Shown: positions 19,283 to 28,632 of the stretch, piece by piece
How positions within the stretch are numbered: position 1 is the stretch's first letter
Layout of the letters: each line of letters opens with the position of its first letter
Assembly (NCBI GenBank): GCA_900548315.1
Contig: URJU01000001.1
Span: 1 to 57,135, forward strand
Source of the DNA: an uncultured Coprococcus sp.
GTDB lineage: Bacteria; Bacillota; Clostridia; Lachnospirales; Lachnospiraceae
Length of the DNA: 57,135 bases
Reading direction: 5' to 3'
Program-made: the position numbers and the translations under genes
The notes under the pieces: generated by a model
Told to the model about the DNA's origin: nothing
Databases searched by the model: none
The model's input: only the letters and a program-made list of their open reading frames with translations

Positions 19283-19801
19283 TTAAGCCTTTTCAGGTTC
19301 AGGGTAGTCTACGCCGAAGGTTTCGACTGTCACGGTCTTCATCTTCTGCTCAACCCTTGGTTTATCGTTGTAGTCAGTTGGAACATTTGCAATCTTGTCT
19401 ACAATGTCAAGACCCTCGATAACCTTGCCGAAGGCGGCATAGGCACCGTCCAGATGTGGAGATGTCTTGTGCATGATAAAGAACTGTGAACCTGCTGAGT
19501 CAGGCATCATTGAACGAGCCATTGAGAGGACTCCTGGGGTGTGTGCCAGATCGTTCTTGAAACCGTTCTGTGAGAACTCTCCCTTGATGGAGTAACCAGG
19601 CCCGCCGATGCCAATCCCCTGAGGATCTCCGCCCTGTATCATGAACCCTTTTATGACACGATGGAAGATGATTCCGTCATAAAAGCCTTTCTTTACGAGT
19701 GAGATGAAGTTGTTTACAGTATTAGGTGCAATGTCAGGATAAAGTTCAGCTTTCATGACATCGCCGTTTTCCATAGTTATAGTTACTATTGGATTTGCCA
19801 C
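19283..19801 (-). CDS. ppiB: Cyclophilin-type peptidyl-prolyl cis-trans isomerase
   Basis: FHRVIKGFMIQGGDP, LSMAR, GSQFFI, HLDG and FGKV motifs; GTG start behind AAAGGA. Confidence 0.93.
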   Translation of the reverse strand: MANPIVTITMENGDVMKAELYPDIAPNTVNNFISLVKKGFYDGIIFHRVIKGFMIQGGDPQGIGIGGPGYSIKGEFSQNGFKNDLAHTPGVLSMARSMMPDSAGSQFFIMHKTSPHLDGAYAAFGKVIEGLDIVDKIANVPTDYNDKPRVEQKMKTVTVETFGVDYPEPEKA

Positions 19802-19963
19802 GTATATCATTCCTTTCTTCATTGAGATAGAGTTATGATAACATCACTAGTAGAAACAGGCAAATGAAATTTTGGGTGTAGGTCTGCCGGTGAGTGAAGG
19901 ATAGGCAGATAAAGAGATAAAAATGCAGCAATGCAGGAAAGAGAGAAGAAAGAGGAGAAAAAG

Positions 19964-21115
19964 ATGGATTGGAGAAATATCGTAAGACCAATAATAATAA
20001 TTGCTCTTGCCGTGTGTATAGTGCTGTTTGGCGTTCATAAGATCAAAGATACATACACTGGTTTTATGAGAGAATATGAGGGTGCCGAAGGTGGAGCTGC
20101 TGGGGAGAATGTGGAGATTACAATCCCTCAGGATACAACCATCAAAGAGGCTGCGTCAATCCTTAAGGATGCTGGGCTTATAGAATACAAGCTTGCGTTC
20201 CAGCTTAGAATGACAGGTTCCCAGTACAGTGGCAGCCTTCAGCCGGGAACATATACACTTAATTCTGGTATGTCGACGCTGGATATGATAAAGACATTGT
20301 GCTATGTGGAGTCCACAAGAAAGGTGCTCTACACGATCACTGTCCCAGAGGGATTTACGGTTGAACAGATAGCCGACAGATGTGAGGAGGCAGGATTCTG
20401 TACAGCGGAGGAATTTTTGAAAGAGTGTAAATCAGGAGACTTTGAATATCCATTTGAGATACAGTCCACGGAGGTCAAATATGCACTCCAGGGATTTTTG
20501 TTCCCAGCGACATATGATGTGTATGAGAATATGACGGCAAAGGATCTCATACAGGATATGATAGACAAGTTTAACAGTGTCTACACTGATGAGTACAAGA
20601 AGAAAGCTGAGGAACTTGGTTATTCAGATTTTGAAGTCCTTACGATGGCATCTATTGTTGAGAAGGAGTGCAAGCTTGATTCGGACAGACCGATGGTTGC
20701 AGGTGTATTTATCAATCGTCTCAACCAGGATATGCCGCTTCAGGTTGATCCGTCAGTACTCTATGCAGTCACAGATGGTCAGTACAACCAGGCTGAACTG
20801 TCATATGACGACTTGGAGATCGATTCACCATATAACACATACAAATATACAGGACTTCCGGTTGGACCTATATGTAACCCTGGACAGGCATCTATAGAGG
20901 GTGTATTGAATGCTACTCATCATGATTATCTCTACTACCTGACCTCGGATGAGAGCAACGGTGCTTGTATATTTAACGAGACATATGAGGGACATCTGGC
21001 AGACATCGAGAAAGCTGACGCTGCAAAGGCTGAGAAGGAGGGCGGTGAGGATGCATCTTCAGATGACTCATCAGACGACTCAGACTCAAGTGATGATTCC
21101 TATGACGGCGAGTAG
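19964..21115 (+). CDS. mltG: Endolytic transglycosylase MltG (YceG family)
   Basis: N-terminal TM, TVPEG, GFLFPATY, ASIVEKE (catalytic Glu) and SPYNTY..GLPVGPICNPG; acidic tail. Confidence 0.92.
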   Translation: MDWRNIVRPIIIIALAVCIVLFGVHKIKDTYTGFMREYEGAEGGAAGENVEITIPQDTTIKEAASILKDAGLIEYKLAFQLRMTGSQYSGSLQPGTYTLNSGMSTLDMIKTLCYVESTRKVLYTITVPEGFTVEQIADRCEEAGFCTAEEFLKECKSGDFEYPFEIQSTEVKYALQGFLFPATYDVYENMTAKDLIQDMIDKFNSVYTDEYKKKAEELGYSDFEVLTMASIVEKECKLDSDRPMVAGVFINRLNQDMPLQVDPSVLYAVTDGQYNQAELSYDDLEIDSPYNTYKYTGLPVGPICNPGQASIEGVLNATHHDYLYYLTSDESNGACIFNETYEGHLADIEKADAAKAEKEGGEDASSDDSSDDSDSSDDSYDGE

Positions 21116-21188
21116 ACATTACAGGAAATAAGTCGTTAAATTAAACAACAAAATATAGTTCTAATTTTTCCAAAAGGGTATAAACTGC

Positions 21189-21217
21189 TTGCGATATATA
21201 AGTTTATTATATATAAT
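21189..21217 (+). promoter_or_regulatory. Sigma-A promoter of the FHA/kinase/adhesin operon, flanked by 11-bp inverted repeats
   Basis: TTGCGA-N17-TATAAT; ccaaaagggta at 21170-21180 and tacccttttgg at 21229-21239. Confidence 0.7.
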
Positions 21218-21292
21218 AAAGGAGTGTGTACCCTTTTGGGTTTTTATGCATCGAGTTATGCGCTTTTGGAGGTGCGATAGGAGGAATATTTG

Positions 21293-22906
21293 ATGAGAAA
21301 AATAAGTTTCAAAGTAAGAAATATCGGGTCTGAGAAATATCTGTCATATATTCTTAATGATGATTGTGAGTTTGATGAAGAATTGTTAGATTATCTGGAA
21401 GAGAATAAGATTCCAGAACTCATAGATATCATTTATGAAGAGGATGATGAGAACGATTACCTTACATATAATGTTACAGGCAGGACAACGGTAGACGCAC
21501 TCCTTTCTAATACAGTAAATGCAGAGAAGATATTAGGAATCGTCAGGGGGGTTGCCTCGGGAATTGTAAATCTCAGAGATTTGGGAATCCCAGCATCATA
21601 TGTTATTTTGCATAAGGGATTTACATATGTGAACCCTGTTACATACGATGTTGGAATGTTGTGCGTTCCTATAGAGGCTGATGCGAACATTAACGCAGAG
21701 TTTAGAATTTTTGTGAAGGATATACTTACAAGCGTAAAATATGATGACAGTGAAGATTGCAATTATGTTGCCAAACTGCTTACACTTCTGAACGCTGACA
21801 AGTTTACAGTCAGAAACTTCTATTCGCAGCTCACAGAGCTTATGGAATCAGCCGGTATGCAGGTTGAAGAAAAGTTTGTAGATATAGGTGGGGATGTCTC
21901 GGTATCACAGTCCACAGTTGACACAACTTCTGATACAAGCATGGATGATCTCCCTGAGTACAGAGATGTATCATTTGGCGAGGAGGATGACGCTGAGGAA
22001 GGCGAGGATGAGGATGTATCATCAGGAGTAGATGATCTGTTTAAGGATCTTTCATTTGATGGATCTGAAAAGCCAGAGGAAGAAAATAGTGTGTCCTCAG
22101 GAATTGATATGTCTGTATTCGATGACAGCGTATTTGACGATCTGGAGACTGATGACTCCGATGATGATACGGATTATACAGAGGCACTTACATCAGATGT
22201 GGAGCCACAGTCAAGTCTCACTGAGGTCGCTCAGACCACAGACGGAGTTACTGAAGTTGAGCTTGATCGCCAGGAGGAGCAGACTCCTGTTCTTATCTCA
22301 ACAGATGAGATAATAGACAATCCGCCAGTGATCAAGAATATCAAGATAAATAGAGCTAAGATAATACAGAAAGCGGTTGTTGATGCAGAGGAAAACAAGA
22401 TCGACAATCCAACGGAGCAGATCATAGCTCCTCAGTATATGAATGGTGAGGTGGCGGAGCCTGAGACTAATATGGATCCGGTCACAGCCAAGGCTGATGA
22501 GGAGGAGAAAAAAGGAACTGGAAGTACAGTGGAGCTCACAGGCGGAATGAACGTTGTAAAGGATAGCGATTCAGATACCGTTTCGGCAGTTCCTAAGGGA
22601 GTTCCGAGGGCTATGCCATATATAGTGAGAGTCAACACCGGAGAGAGAGTTATGGTCAATAAGGCTGTCTTCAAGATAGGAAAGGCTGGCAGAGGTGTTG
22701 ATTATCATGTAGGTGGAAATGGAGCCATAAGCAAGGTACATATCATAATCTACCAGAGAGAGGATGGATGTTATCTGAAGGATAATAAGACTACCAATGG
22801 AACATATCTGAATGGTCAGAGGCTCGATGACAATGGAGAGATGAAACTTACAAACGATGCAATGATAAGTATCGGTGGTGAGGACTTTATATTCAAATTA
22901 AGTTAA
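21293..22906 (+). CDS. FHA domain protein 1 (DUF6382/pseudokinase-like N-terminus, acidic linker)
   Basis: C-terminal FHA motifs FKIGK, AISKVH and TTNGTYLNG; Asp/Glu-rich linker; N-terminal domain similar to that of the next gene; DUF6382 call is from memory. Confidence 0.85.
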   Translation: MRKISFKVRNIGSEKYLSYILNDDCEFDEELLDYLEENKIPELIDIIYEEDDENDYLTYNVTGRTTVDALLSNTVNAEKILGIVRGVASGIVNLRDLGIPASYVILHKGFTYVNPVTYDVGMLCVPIEADANINAEFRIFVKDILTSVKYDDSEDCNYVAKLLTLLNADKFTVRNFYSQLTELMESAGMQVEEKFVDIGGDVSVSQSTVDTTSDTSMDDLPEYRDVSFGEEDDAEEGEDEDVSSGVDDLFKDLSFDGSEKPEEENSVSSGIDMSVFDDSVFDDLETDDSDDDTDYTEALTSDVEPQSSLTEVAQTTDGVTEVELDRQEEQTPVLISTDEIIDNPPVIKNIKINRAKIIQKAVVDAEENKIDNPTEQIIAPQYMNGEVAEPETNMDPVTAKADEEEKKGTGSTVELTGGMNVVKDSDSDTVSAVPKGVPRAMPYIVRVNTGERVMVNKAVFKIGKAGRGVDYHVGGNGAISKVHIIIYQREDGCYLKDNKTTNGTYLNGQRLDDNGEMKLTNDAMISIGGEDFIFKLS

Positions 22907-22987
22907 TATACACTGCCCACGGAAGTGGGGAAGGAGCAGGTAGTAATACCTGCTTTTGGTGTTTACTAAAGGGGGTAAATAAATCAA

Positions 22988-24859
22988 ATGAAGAGAGAGA
23001 AGATAACCGTCATACCTATGGGGAATATATATAAGGCAAGTTACATTCTAGATGTCAATGATGTTGTTGATGCCAAGGTATATGATATGAGCAGAAACGG
23101 AATGTTTCCACAGATGATTCCATGTGATATGCAGGAAAATGGTGGAGTGAGGACATTTGAGTATACCATAGATGGCATGAGACCACTTCCTGAGATATTG
23201 AAATCTGATATGGGCAGGAGAGATATGCTTACAGTGATCTACAATGTGTTGGAGAGCTTGGAGACGTTTGGAAAGGGAATGGTTTCCCTTAGTTATGTTG
23301 CAAAGGAGACACAGCATATATTCGTATCTCCGGAGTCGTATGATGTGAAATTTATTGTTGCGCCCGTGGATAAAGAGTTCACGGATATGAATGAGGTTAG
23401 GAATCTTATAAAGACAATAATTGTGGATGCGAAGTATTCAGAGTCAGATGCGGATAATTATGTTGCCAGACTCATAAATTATGTCAATATGCCTGGAACT
23501 TTTTCGAGCTCTGATATGAAGAATAGGGTTAAGGATCTATTGATGGAGATGGGGGCGGAGGTGCCCGAATCTGGGAAGAATATACCAATGAATGGCATGG
23601 AAATGCAAAGTGGTAGCAGCCATATACTGAGATCGGAAACCCCATCACCTAAGGTGAGCCGTCTCGGAGTTATGAGAAATAATGCGAGAATGAATGGACA
23701 GGTGCCACCGATGGGACCGAGTGGAGTGCCGATGAACGGAATGCCACCGATGGGACCGAACGGAATGCCAATGAACGGAATGCCGCCGATGGGACCGAAT
23801 GGAATGCCAATGAACGGAATGCCGTCGATGGGACCGAACGGAATGCCAATGAATGGGGCTATGCCGCCGATGGGACCGAATGGAATGCCAATGAACGGGG
23901 CTATGCCGCCGATGGGACCGAATGGAATGCCAATGAATGGAGCTATGCCGCCGATGCCAGAAGGTGTGAATCAGTTCGAGTCAGAAGTGAAAAATGAGGA
24001 TACGGCAGAGACACCAGTAAACAGCGAGACACCCGAGACAATGCTAAAAGAAGATGCTGGGAAAGAAGTGATTGCTGAGGAAGAACAGTCTGGCAATAAA
24101 GAGGTAGCTGAGGTCATTGCGGAACGACAAAAAAATGAGAATCCATTTAACGGGGCGCCGATGCCAGAGATGCCGCCGATGGGAAATCCGTTTGGAGAAG
24201 CACCGGTATCGCCGACAGGAAATCCGTTTGGAGGAGCACCGGTACCGCCGATGGGAAATCCATTTGAAGTAACACCTCCAATGAATGCAGCCGAGAATGT
24301 GACGGAGCAGCCGGATAACATAGAGACAGCCGAACCTACGGTGGAGCAGCCGGATAACGCGGAAACAGTCGAGCCTATGGTAGAACAGCCAAAGAACGAG
24401 AATTCATTTGACGAGGTGCCAATACCACAGACGCCGCCAATGGGAAATCCGTTTGGAGGGGAACCGGTACCGCCAATGCCGCAGATGCCGCCAATGGGAA
24501 ATCCGTTTGGAGAGATGCCAGTACCGCCGGCAGCACCTGTTGGAATGCCGTCATCAGAAGGACCGGCACCATATTTTGTCCGCACAAGAACCGGTGAAAG
24601 GATTGATCTGGACAAGGCAGAATTTAAGATAGGACATAAGGTTTCGGATGTTGATTACGTGGTATCAGACAACTCAGCAATAAGCAGAGTACACTGTGTG
24701 ATCACGAAGAGAAATGGAGTATGCTTTATCAGAGACAACCATTCAACAAATGGAACATACATAAATGGCGACAGGCTGAATGATGGAGAGGAAAGATTCC
24801 TTACCAATAATGCATTCGTGATATTGGGCAATGAGGAATTCGTTTATCATATAAAATAA
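22988..24859 (+). CDS. FHA domain protein 2 (Pro/Met/Gly/Asn-rich repeat linker)
   Basis: FHA motifs FKIGH, AISRVH and STNGTYING; N-terminal domain paralogous to FHA protein 1 (NYVARL vs NYVAKL). Confidence 0.85.
   Translation: MKREKITVIPMGNIYKASYILDVNDVVDAKVYDMSRNGMFPQMIPCDMQENGGVRTFEYTIDGMRPLPEILKSDMGRRDMLTVIYNVLESLETFGKGMVSLSYVAKETQHIFVSPESYDVKFIVAPVDKEFTDMNEVRNLIKTIIVDAKYSESDADNYVARLINYVNMPGTFSSSDMKNRVKDLLMEMGAEVPESGKNIPMNGMEMQSGSSHILRSETPSPKVSRLGVMRNNARMNGQVPPMGPSGVPMNGMPPMGPNGMPMNGMPPMGPNGMPMNGMPSMGPNGMPMNGAMPPMGPNGMPMNGAMPPMGPNGMPMNGAMPPMPEGVNQFESEVKNEDTAETPVNSETPETMLKEDAGKEVIAEEEQSGNKEVAEVIAERQKNENPFNGAPMPEMPPMGNPFGEAPVSPTGNPFGGAPVPPMGNPFEVTPPMNAAENVTEQPDNIETAEPTVEQPDNAETVEPMVEQPKNENSFDEVPIPQTPPMGNPFGGEPVPPMPQMPPMGNPFGEMPVPPAAPVGMPSSEGPAPYFVRTRTGERIDLDKAEFKIGHKVSDVDYVVSDNSAISRVHCVITKRNGVCFIRDNHSTNGTYINGDRLNDGEERFLTNNAFVILGNEEFVYHIK
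23702..23959 (+). repeat. In-frame tandem repeat, 39-42 nt unit, (A)MPPMGPNGMPMNG x6 plus a partial copy
   Basis: Visible in both the DNA and the translation. Confidence 0.95.
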
Positions 24860-24904
24860 TCTTGTCACCACGGTTAAAAGATATATTACGGGAGGAGTAA
24901 TGTG

Positions 24905-25675
24905 ATGGGGTTTAGTGCAGTATACAATACAGATGTGGGGATCAAGAAAAAGACCAATCAGGATTCTTTGGCAATAAAGATTGCTGACACCCCTGACGGA
25001 CAGGCTCTGTTCTCGCTTGTATGTGATGGCATGGGAGGTTTGGCAAAGGGCGAAGTTGCAAGCAAAGAAGTTATATATGCATTCTGTGACTGGTTTGACA
25101 GTCAATTTGCGGAGATGATAGAAAATGGCAGTTTCAGTGAGGGCGCATTGAAATATCAGTGGCTGCACCTCGCTGTGGAGATGAATGAAAAGATAAAAGC
25201 ATTTGGTGAGCAGAATGGAATAATGCTAGGAACCACCATATCAGCGATACTGATGTATAGGGGGAGATATTACATAGTACATGTTGGAGACAGTCGTATA
25301 TATGAGATAGGGACGGATGTGAGACAAATAACTGCGGATCAGACTCTCGTTGCCAGAGAGATAGCTGCAGGAAGACTTACCCCTGAACAGGCGGAGACAG
25401 ACAGCAGACGAAGTGTACTCCTTCAGTGTATTGGAGCATCCCCGGTAGTCGAGCCTGATTTTATAGCAGGAGATATTTTGCCTAGGGCAACATATATGAT
25501 CTGTTCGGATGGATTTAGGCATAAGATATCCAACGAGGAGATGATGAGTAAGATTGGTCCTGCCGTATGCAGCACAGAAACCGAGATGGAGAATGGGTGT
25601 AAATTCCTTACAGAACTTGTGAAGTACAGAAAGGAAACAGATAACATAACAGTTGTTCTTATTAAAACGGAGTAA
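24905..25675 (+). CDS. PP2C/PPM-family Ser/Thr phosphatase
   Basis: NQD, VCDGMGG, GTT, HVGDSR, CSDG and DNIT motifs; GGAGG RBS. Confidence 0.93.
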   Translation: MGFSAVYNTDVGIKKKTNQDSLAIKIADTPDGQALFSLVCDGMGGLAKGEVASKEVIYAFCDWFDSQFAEMIENGSFSEGALKYQWLHLAVEMNEKIKAFGEQNGIMLGTTISAILMYRGRYYIVHVGDSRIYEIGTDVRQITADQTLVAREIAAGRLTPEQAETDSRRSVLLQCIGASPVVEPDFIAGDILPRATYMICSDGFRHKISNEEMMSKIGPAVCSTETEMENGCKFLTELVKYRKETDNITVVLIKTE

Positions 25676-25687
25676 TGGGGAGATAAG

Positions 25688-27823
25688 ATGACAGAATTAG
25701 GAACGGTATTAGATGGGAAATACGAAATACTAAAAAAAGTCGGTCAGGGTGGAATGTCAATAGTCTATCTCGCTATGGATAACCGACTTAATAAGCAGTG
25801 GGCTGTCAAGGAGATCAAGAATGATGGATCAAAGAGTACGGCGACCCTTTTGAAAGGCCTTGAGAGAGAGGCAAATATCCTCAAGGATGTCGATCATCCG
25901 GTTCTTCCGCGAATTGTCGATATCATAAATGAAAATGGTACGATCTATGTAGTTATGGACTTTGTTGAGGGTAAACCGCTTAGCGATGTTCTAAAAGCTG
26001 AAGGTGCGCAGGATCAGACCAAAGTCATAGAGTGGGGAAGGGCATTAGCAAGTGCACTGGATTATTTGCACTCGATGGATCCTCCTATAATATACAGAGA
26101 TATGAAACCGTCAAATGTAATGCTTAAACCGGATGGCTCAGTAAAGCTCATAGATTTTGGTACTGCCAAGGAATATATAGTTGAGAATAACGCAGATACT
26201 ACAGCTCTTGGAACCAGAGGATATGCGGCTCCGGAGCAGTTTGGAGATTCCCAGGGCCGAGGAATATACAACACGGATGCGAGGACAGATATATACAACC
26301 TAGGTGCTACACTGTATCATCTTGTGACCGGAAAGAATCCTTGCGAGCCACCATACGAGATAAAGCCTATCAGACAATGGAATCCGATGCTTTCGTCTGG
26401 ATTTGAACAGATAATAATAAAGTGCTGTCAGCCTAGTCCTGAGGACAGATATCAGTCATGTTCGGAACTTTTATATGCACTTGATCATTACAATGAACTT
26501 GATGATGAGTTCAGAGCAAAGGCAAAGAAAAAAGTTGCCGTGTTTGCTGCTATGGCTGGACTCTCCATATTGTCTGGGTGCTGTGCTGTATTTGGTGGTA
26601 TAAAGAAGGGACAGCTCAAGGAACAGGACTATAACAACAAGATAGCAGAGGCTGAGGATGCAGTTGATTCGAGTGACTACAATAAGGCATTTGAATGCTA
26701 TAAAGCAGCGGTGGACATCGATCCTACCGCATCTGAGGCGTATATAGGATATATGGATACATATGCCTACTACTACACGGATGAAGATGTAGCAACAGGA
26801 ACCGGAACAGAGACGCCAGCTGAAAAGGGAATCAAATTTGCTCTGAGAAATATCGATAAGGTGAAGGATGATGTCAAATACGAGATTGCCCTTTTATATT
26901 TCAATGAGGTTCCGGATTACAGTGCTGCAAGAAAATACTTCAACATGGTGGCTGATACAGAAAATTTTGCAAATGATGTACAACAGGCAAAGTATTATGA
27001 GGCGATATGTGACAACAAGATAAATAAAACAGCTGATTTTAATGACAGTAAGCAGGATGTATTTGATTTCCAGCAGTACAACAGCGACAACATCGATGAC
27101 ACAAATACATACAAATACGTCAATTACCTCAATATAGCAACAATCTATGTGGATAAGCTTTCAAGTGATGAGGAGCTTGCCGACAGAACGATAGAACTGC
27201 TGCAGGAGGCAAGTGAGAAACTTAACGACAATGCAACGGTTCTTTCAAAGGAGTTTCCAGAAGAAAGAGGTGTGAATTATTACAGCGGACAGTATTCGGC
27301 AATACTTTGTTCAGTCTACACTTACCTTGCTGAAAAAGAGAGTGATCCGGTGGAACAGGTTGCATATTATAGAGAGGCAATAAACAGTGTTGACGCTTAT
27401 CTGTCCGGAATCGACATGAGCGGGGATACTGTCACAGATAAGGCAAAGAATACATATGCAGAGTATTCTAGGAAAAAGGCTGAGATATATGTGAGTATGG
27501 GAGATATCGGCGGTGATGAGAACAACTATGAACTTGCTGAAAATGTCTATCTGAGCGCAGAGCAGGTGTTGGGAGTCGATGATTATTCAGCGGATCTCTA
27601 CACCAGTCATCTCACATACCTGTATAACAGATACACCAGTTTGTATGGAAGTGCGCCGGATACTTGGGATAAGAGTGCAAGGAATACGGTTATCTCTGTA
27701 TACAACAGTGGCAGCAGGATACAGATGCTTGCAGATGGCAAAAAGCCACAGTGGAACACGTTGATCCATAAACCTGTTATAGAGGCAATAGTCTCTGGAA
27801 CAGGCAGTAAGACAGGCAAGTAG
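25688..27823 (+). CDS. Hanks-type transmembrane Ser/Thr protein kinase with TPR-like extracellular region
   Basis: GQGGMS, AVK, YRDMKPSN, DFG and GTRGYAAPE motifs; one TM (VAVFAAMAGLSILSGCCAVFGGI); helical repeats such as YNKAFECYKAAVDIDP; no PASTA repeats seen. Confidence 0.93.
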   Translation: MTELGTVLDGKYEILKKVGQGGMSIVYLAMDNRLNKQWAVKEIKNDGSKSTATLLKGLEREANILKDVDHPVLPRIVDIINENGTIYVVMDFVEGKPLSDVLKAEGAQDQTKVIEWGRALASALDYLHSMDPPIIYRDMKPSNVMLKPDGSVKLIDFGTAKEYIVENNADTTALGTRGYAAPEQFGDSQGRGIYNTDARTDIYNLGATLYHLVTGKNPCEPPYEIKPIRQWNPMLSSGFEQIIIKCCQPSPEDRYQSCSELLYALDHYNELDDEFRAKAKKKVAVFAAMAGLSILSGCCAVFGGIKKGQLKEQDYNNKIAEAEDAVDSSDYNKAFECYKAAVDIDPTASEAYIGYMDTYAYYYTDEDVATGTGTETPAEKGIKFALRNIDKVKDDVKYEIALLYFNEVPDYSAARKYFNMVADTENFANDVQQAKYYEAICDNKINKTADFNDSKQDVFDFQQYNSDNIDDTNTYKYVNYLNIATIYVDKLSSDEELADRTIELLQEASEKLNDNATVLSKEFPEERGVNYYSGQYSAILCSVYTYLAEKESDPVEQVAYYREAINSVDAYLSGIDMSGDTVTDKAKNTYAEYSRKKAEIYVSMGDIGGDENNYELAENVYLSAEQVLGVDDYSADLYTSHLTYLYNRYTSLYGSAPDTWDKSARNTVISVYNSGSRIQMLADGKKPQWNTLIHKPVIEAIVSGTGSKTGK

Positions 27824-27837
27824 AGGGGGAATAGGAT

Positions 27838-28620
27838 ATGGCAACAGTTTACAATATAATGCTATATGGCGGCCTTGCACTTGCAGTCATATTTGCCGTA
27901 ACGGCAATAATACTGTTTTTTGCGCTGAAGATTCCTAAGGCTATCGGAGATGTGACAGGTTCAACTGCCAGAAAGAAGATAGAGGAGATCCGTGAAAAGG
28001 GTTACGAGAGTGTACAGGGTATGGGTGTATCAAAGCAGGATGCCATAAAGAATCATGCCACCAAGATATCTGTCAGGGATGTTCAGTCATCCGAATCCAG
28101 CAAGCGTACTGAAAAAGGAAGGGCTAATTATGAAAAGGCGGTTGCGGAGGTAAAAAATAAGAAGAAAAGGGAAGATATGCAGGAGCTGACAAGTAATATG
28201 TACTCTGATCCGGAGGTTGCAACGGATGTCCTGAGAGAGGATGACAGTGAGGCAGCCACAGATGTACTCAGAGAGGATGACAGTGAGGCAGCCACAGATG
28301 TACTTATGTCAGAAGATGACGAGGAGGCAACAGACGTACTTATGTCAGAAGATGACGAGGAGGCAACAGACGTACTTATGTCAGAAGATGACGAGGAGGT
28401 AACTGATGTACTCAGATCAGAAGATGACGAGGAGGCAACTGACGTACTCAGATCAGAAGATGACGATGCAGCCACAGATGTTTTGAGAGGTGATGATTCT
28501 GATGCCACAGATGTACTGACGAGCGATACAGATATAGCAGGGCAGGTGGAGGAACGCGAGCATGGACAGCTCAGGATGATCAAGAACGTTGTGGTGGTTC
28601 ACACGGATGAGAGTATATAG
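27838..28620 (+). CDS. Single-pass membrane protein with acidic Thr-repeat tail
   Basis: N-terminal TM followed by a basic segment, nine TDVL repeats, and a C-terminal VVVVHTDESI; tightly spaced within the operon. Confidence 0.85.
   Translation: MATVYNIMLYGGLALAVIFAVTAIILFFALKIPKAIGDVTGSTARKKIEEIREKGYESVQGMGVSKQDAIKNHATKISVRDVQSSESSKRTEKGRANYEKAVAEVKNKKKREDMQELTSNMYSDPEVATDVLREDDSEAATDVLREDDSEAATDVLMSEDDEEATDVLMSEDDEEATDVLMSEDDEEVTDVLRSEDDEEATDVLRSEDDDAATDVLRGDDSDATDVLTSDTDIAGQVEEREHGQLRMIKNVVVVHTDESI
28222..28518 (+). repeat. In-frame tandem repeat, 36-nt unit, TDVL(R/M)xEDDxE/xA x9
   Basis: Thr codons from 28222 to 28507 at 36-nt spacing (last interval 33 nt). Confidence 0.95.
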
Positions 28621-28632
28621 GAGGAAAAGATT

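Noticed and set aside
28222..28518. CRISPR array (36-nt periodicity)
   Set aside because: The units are contiguous with no unique spacers, lie in frame within a CDS, and no cas genes are present.
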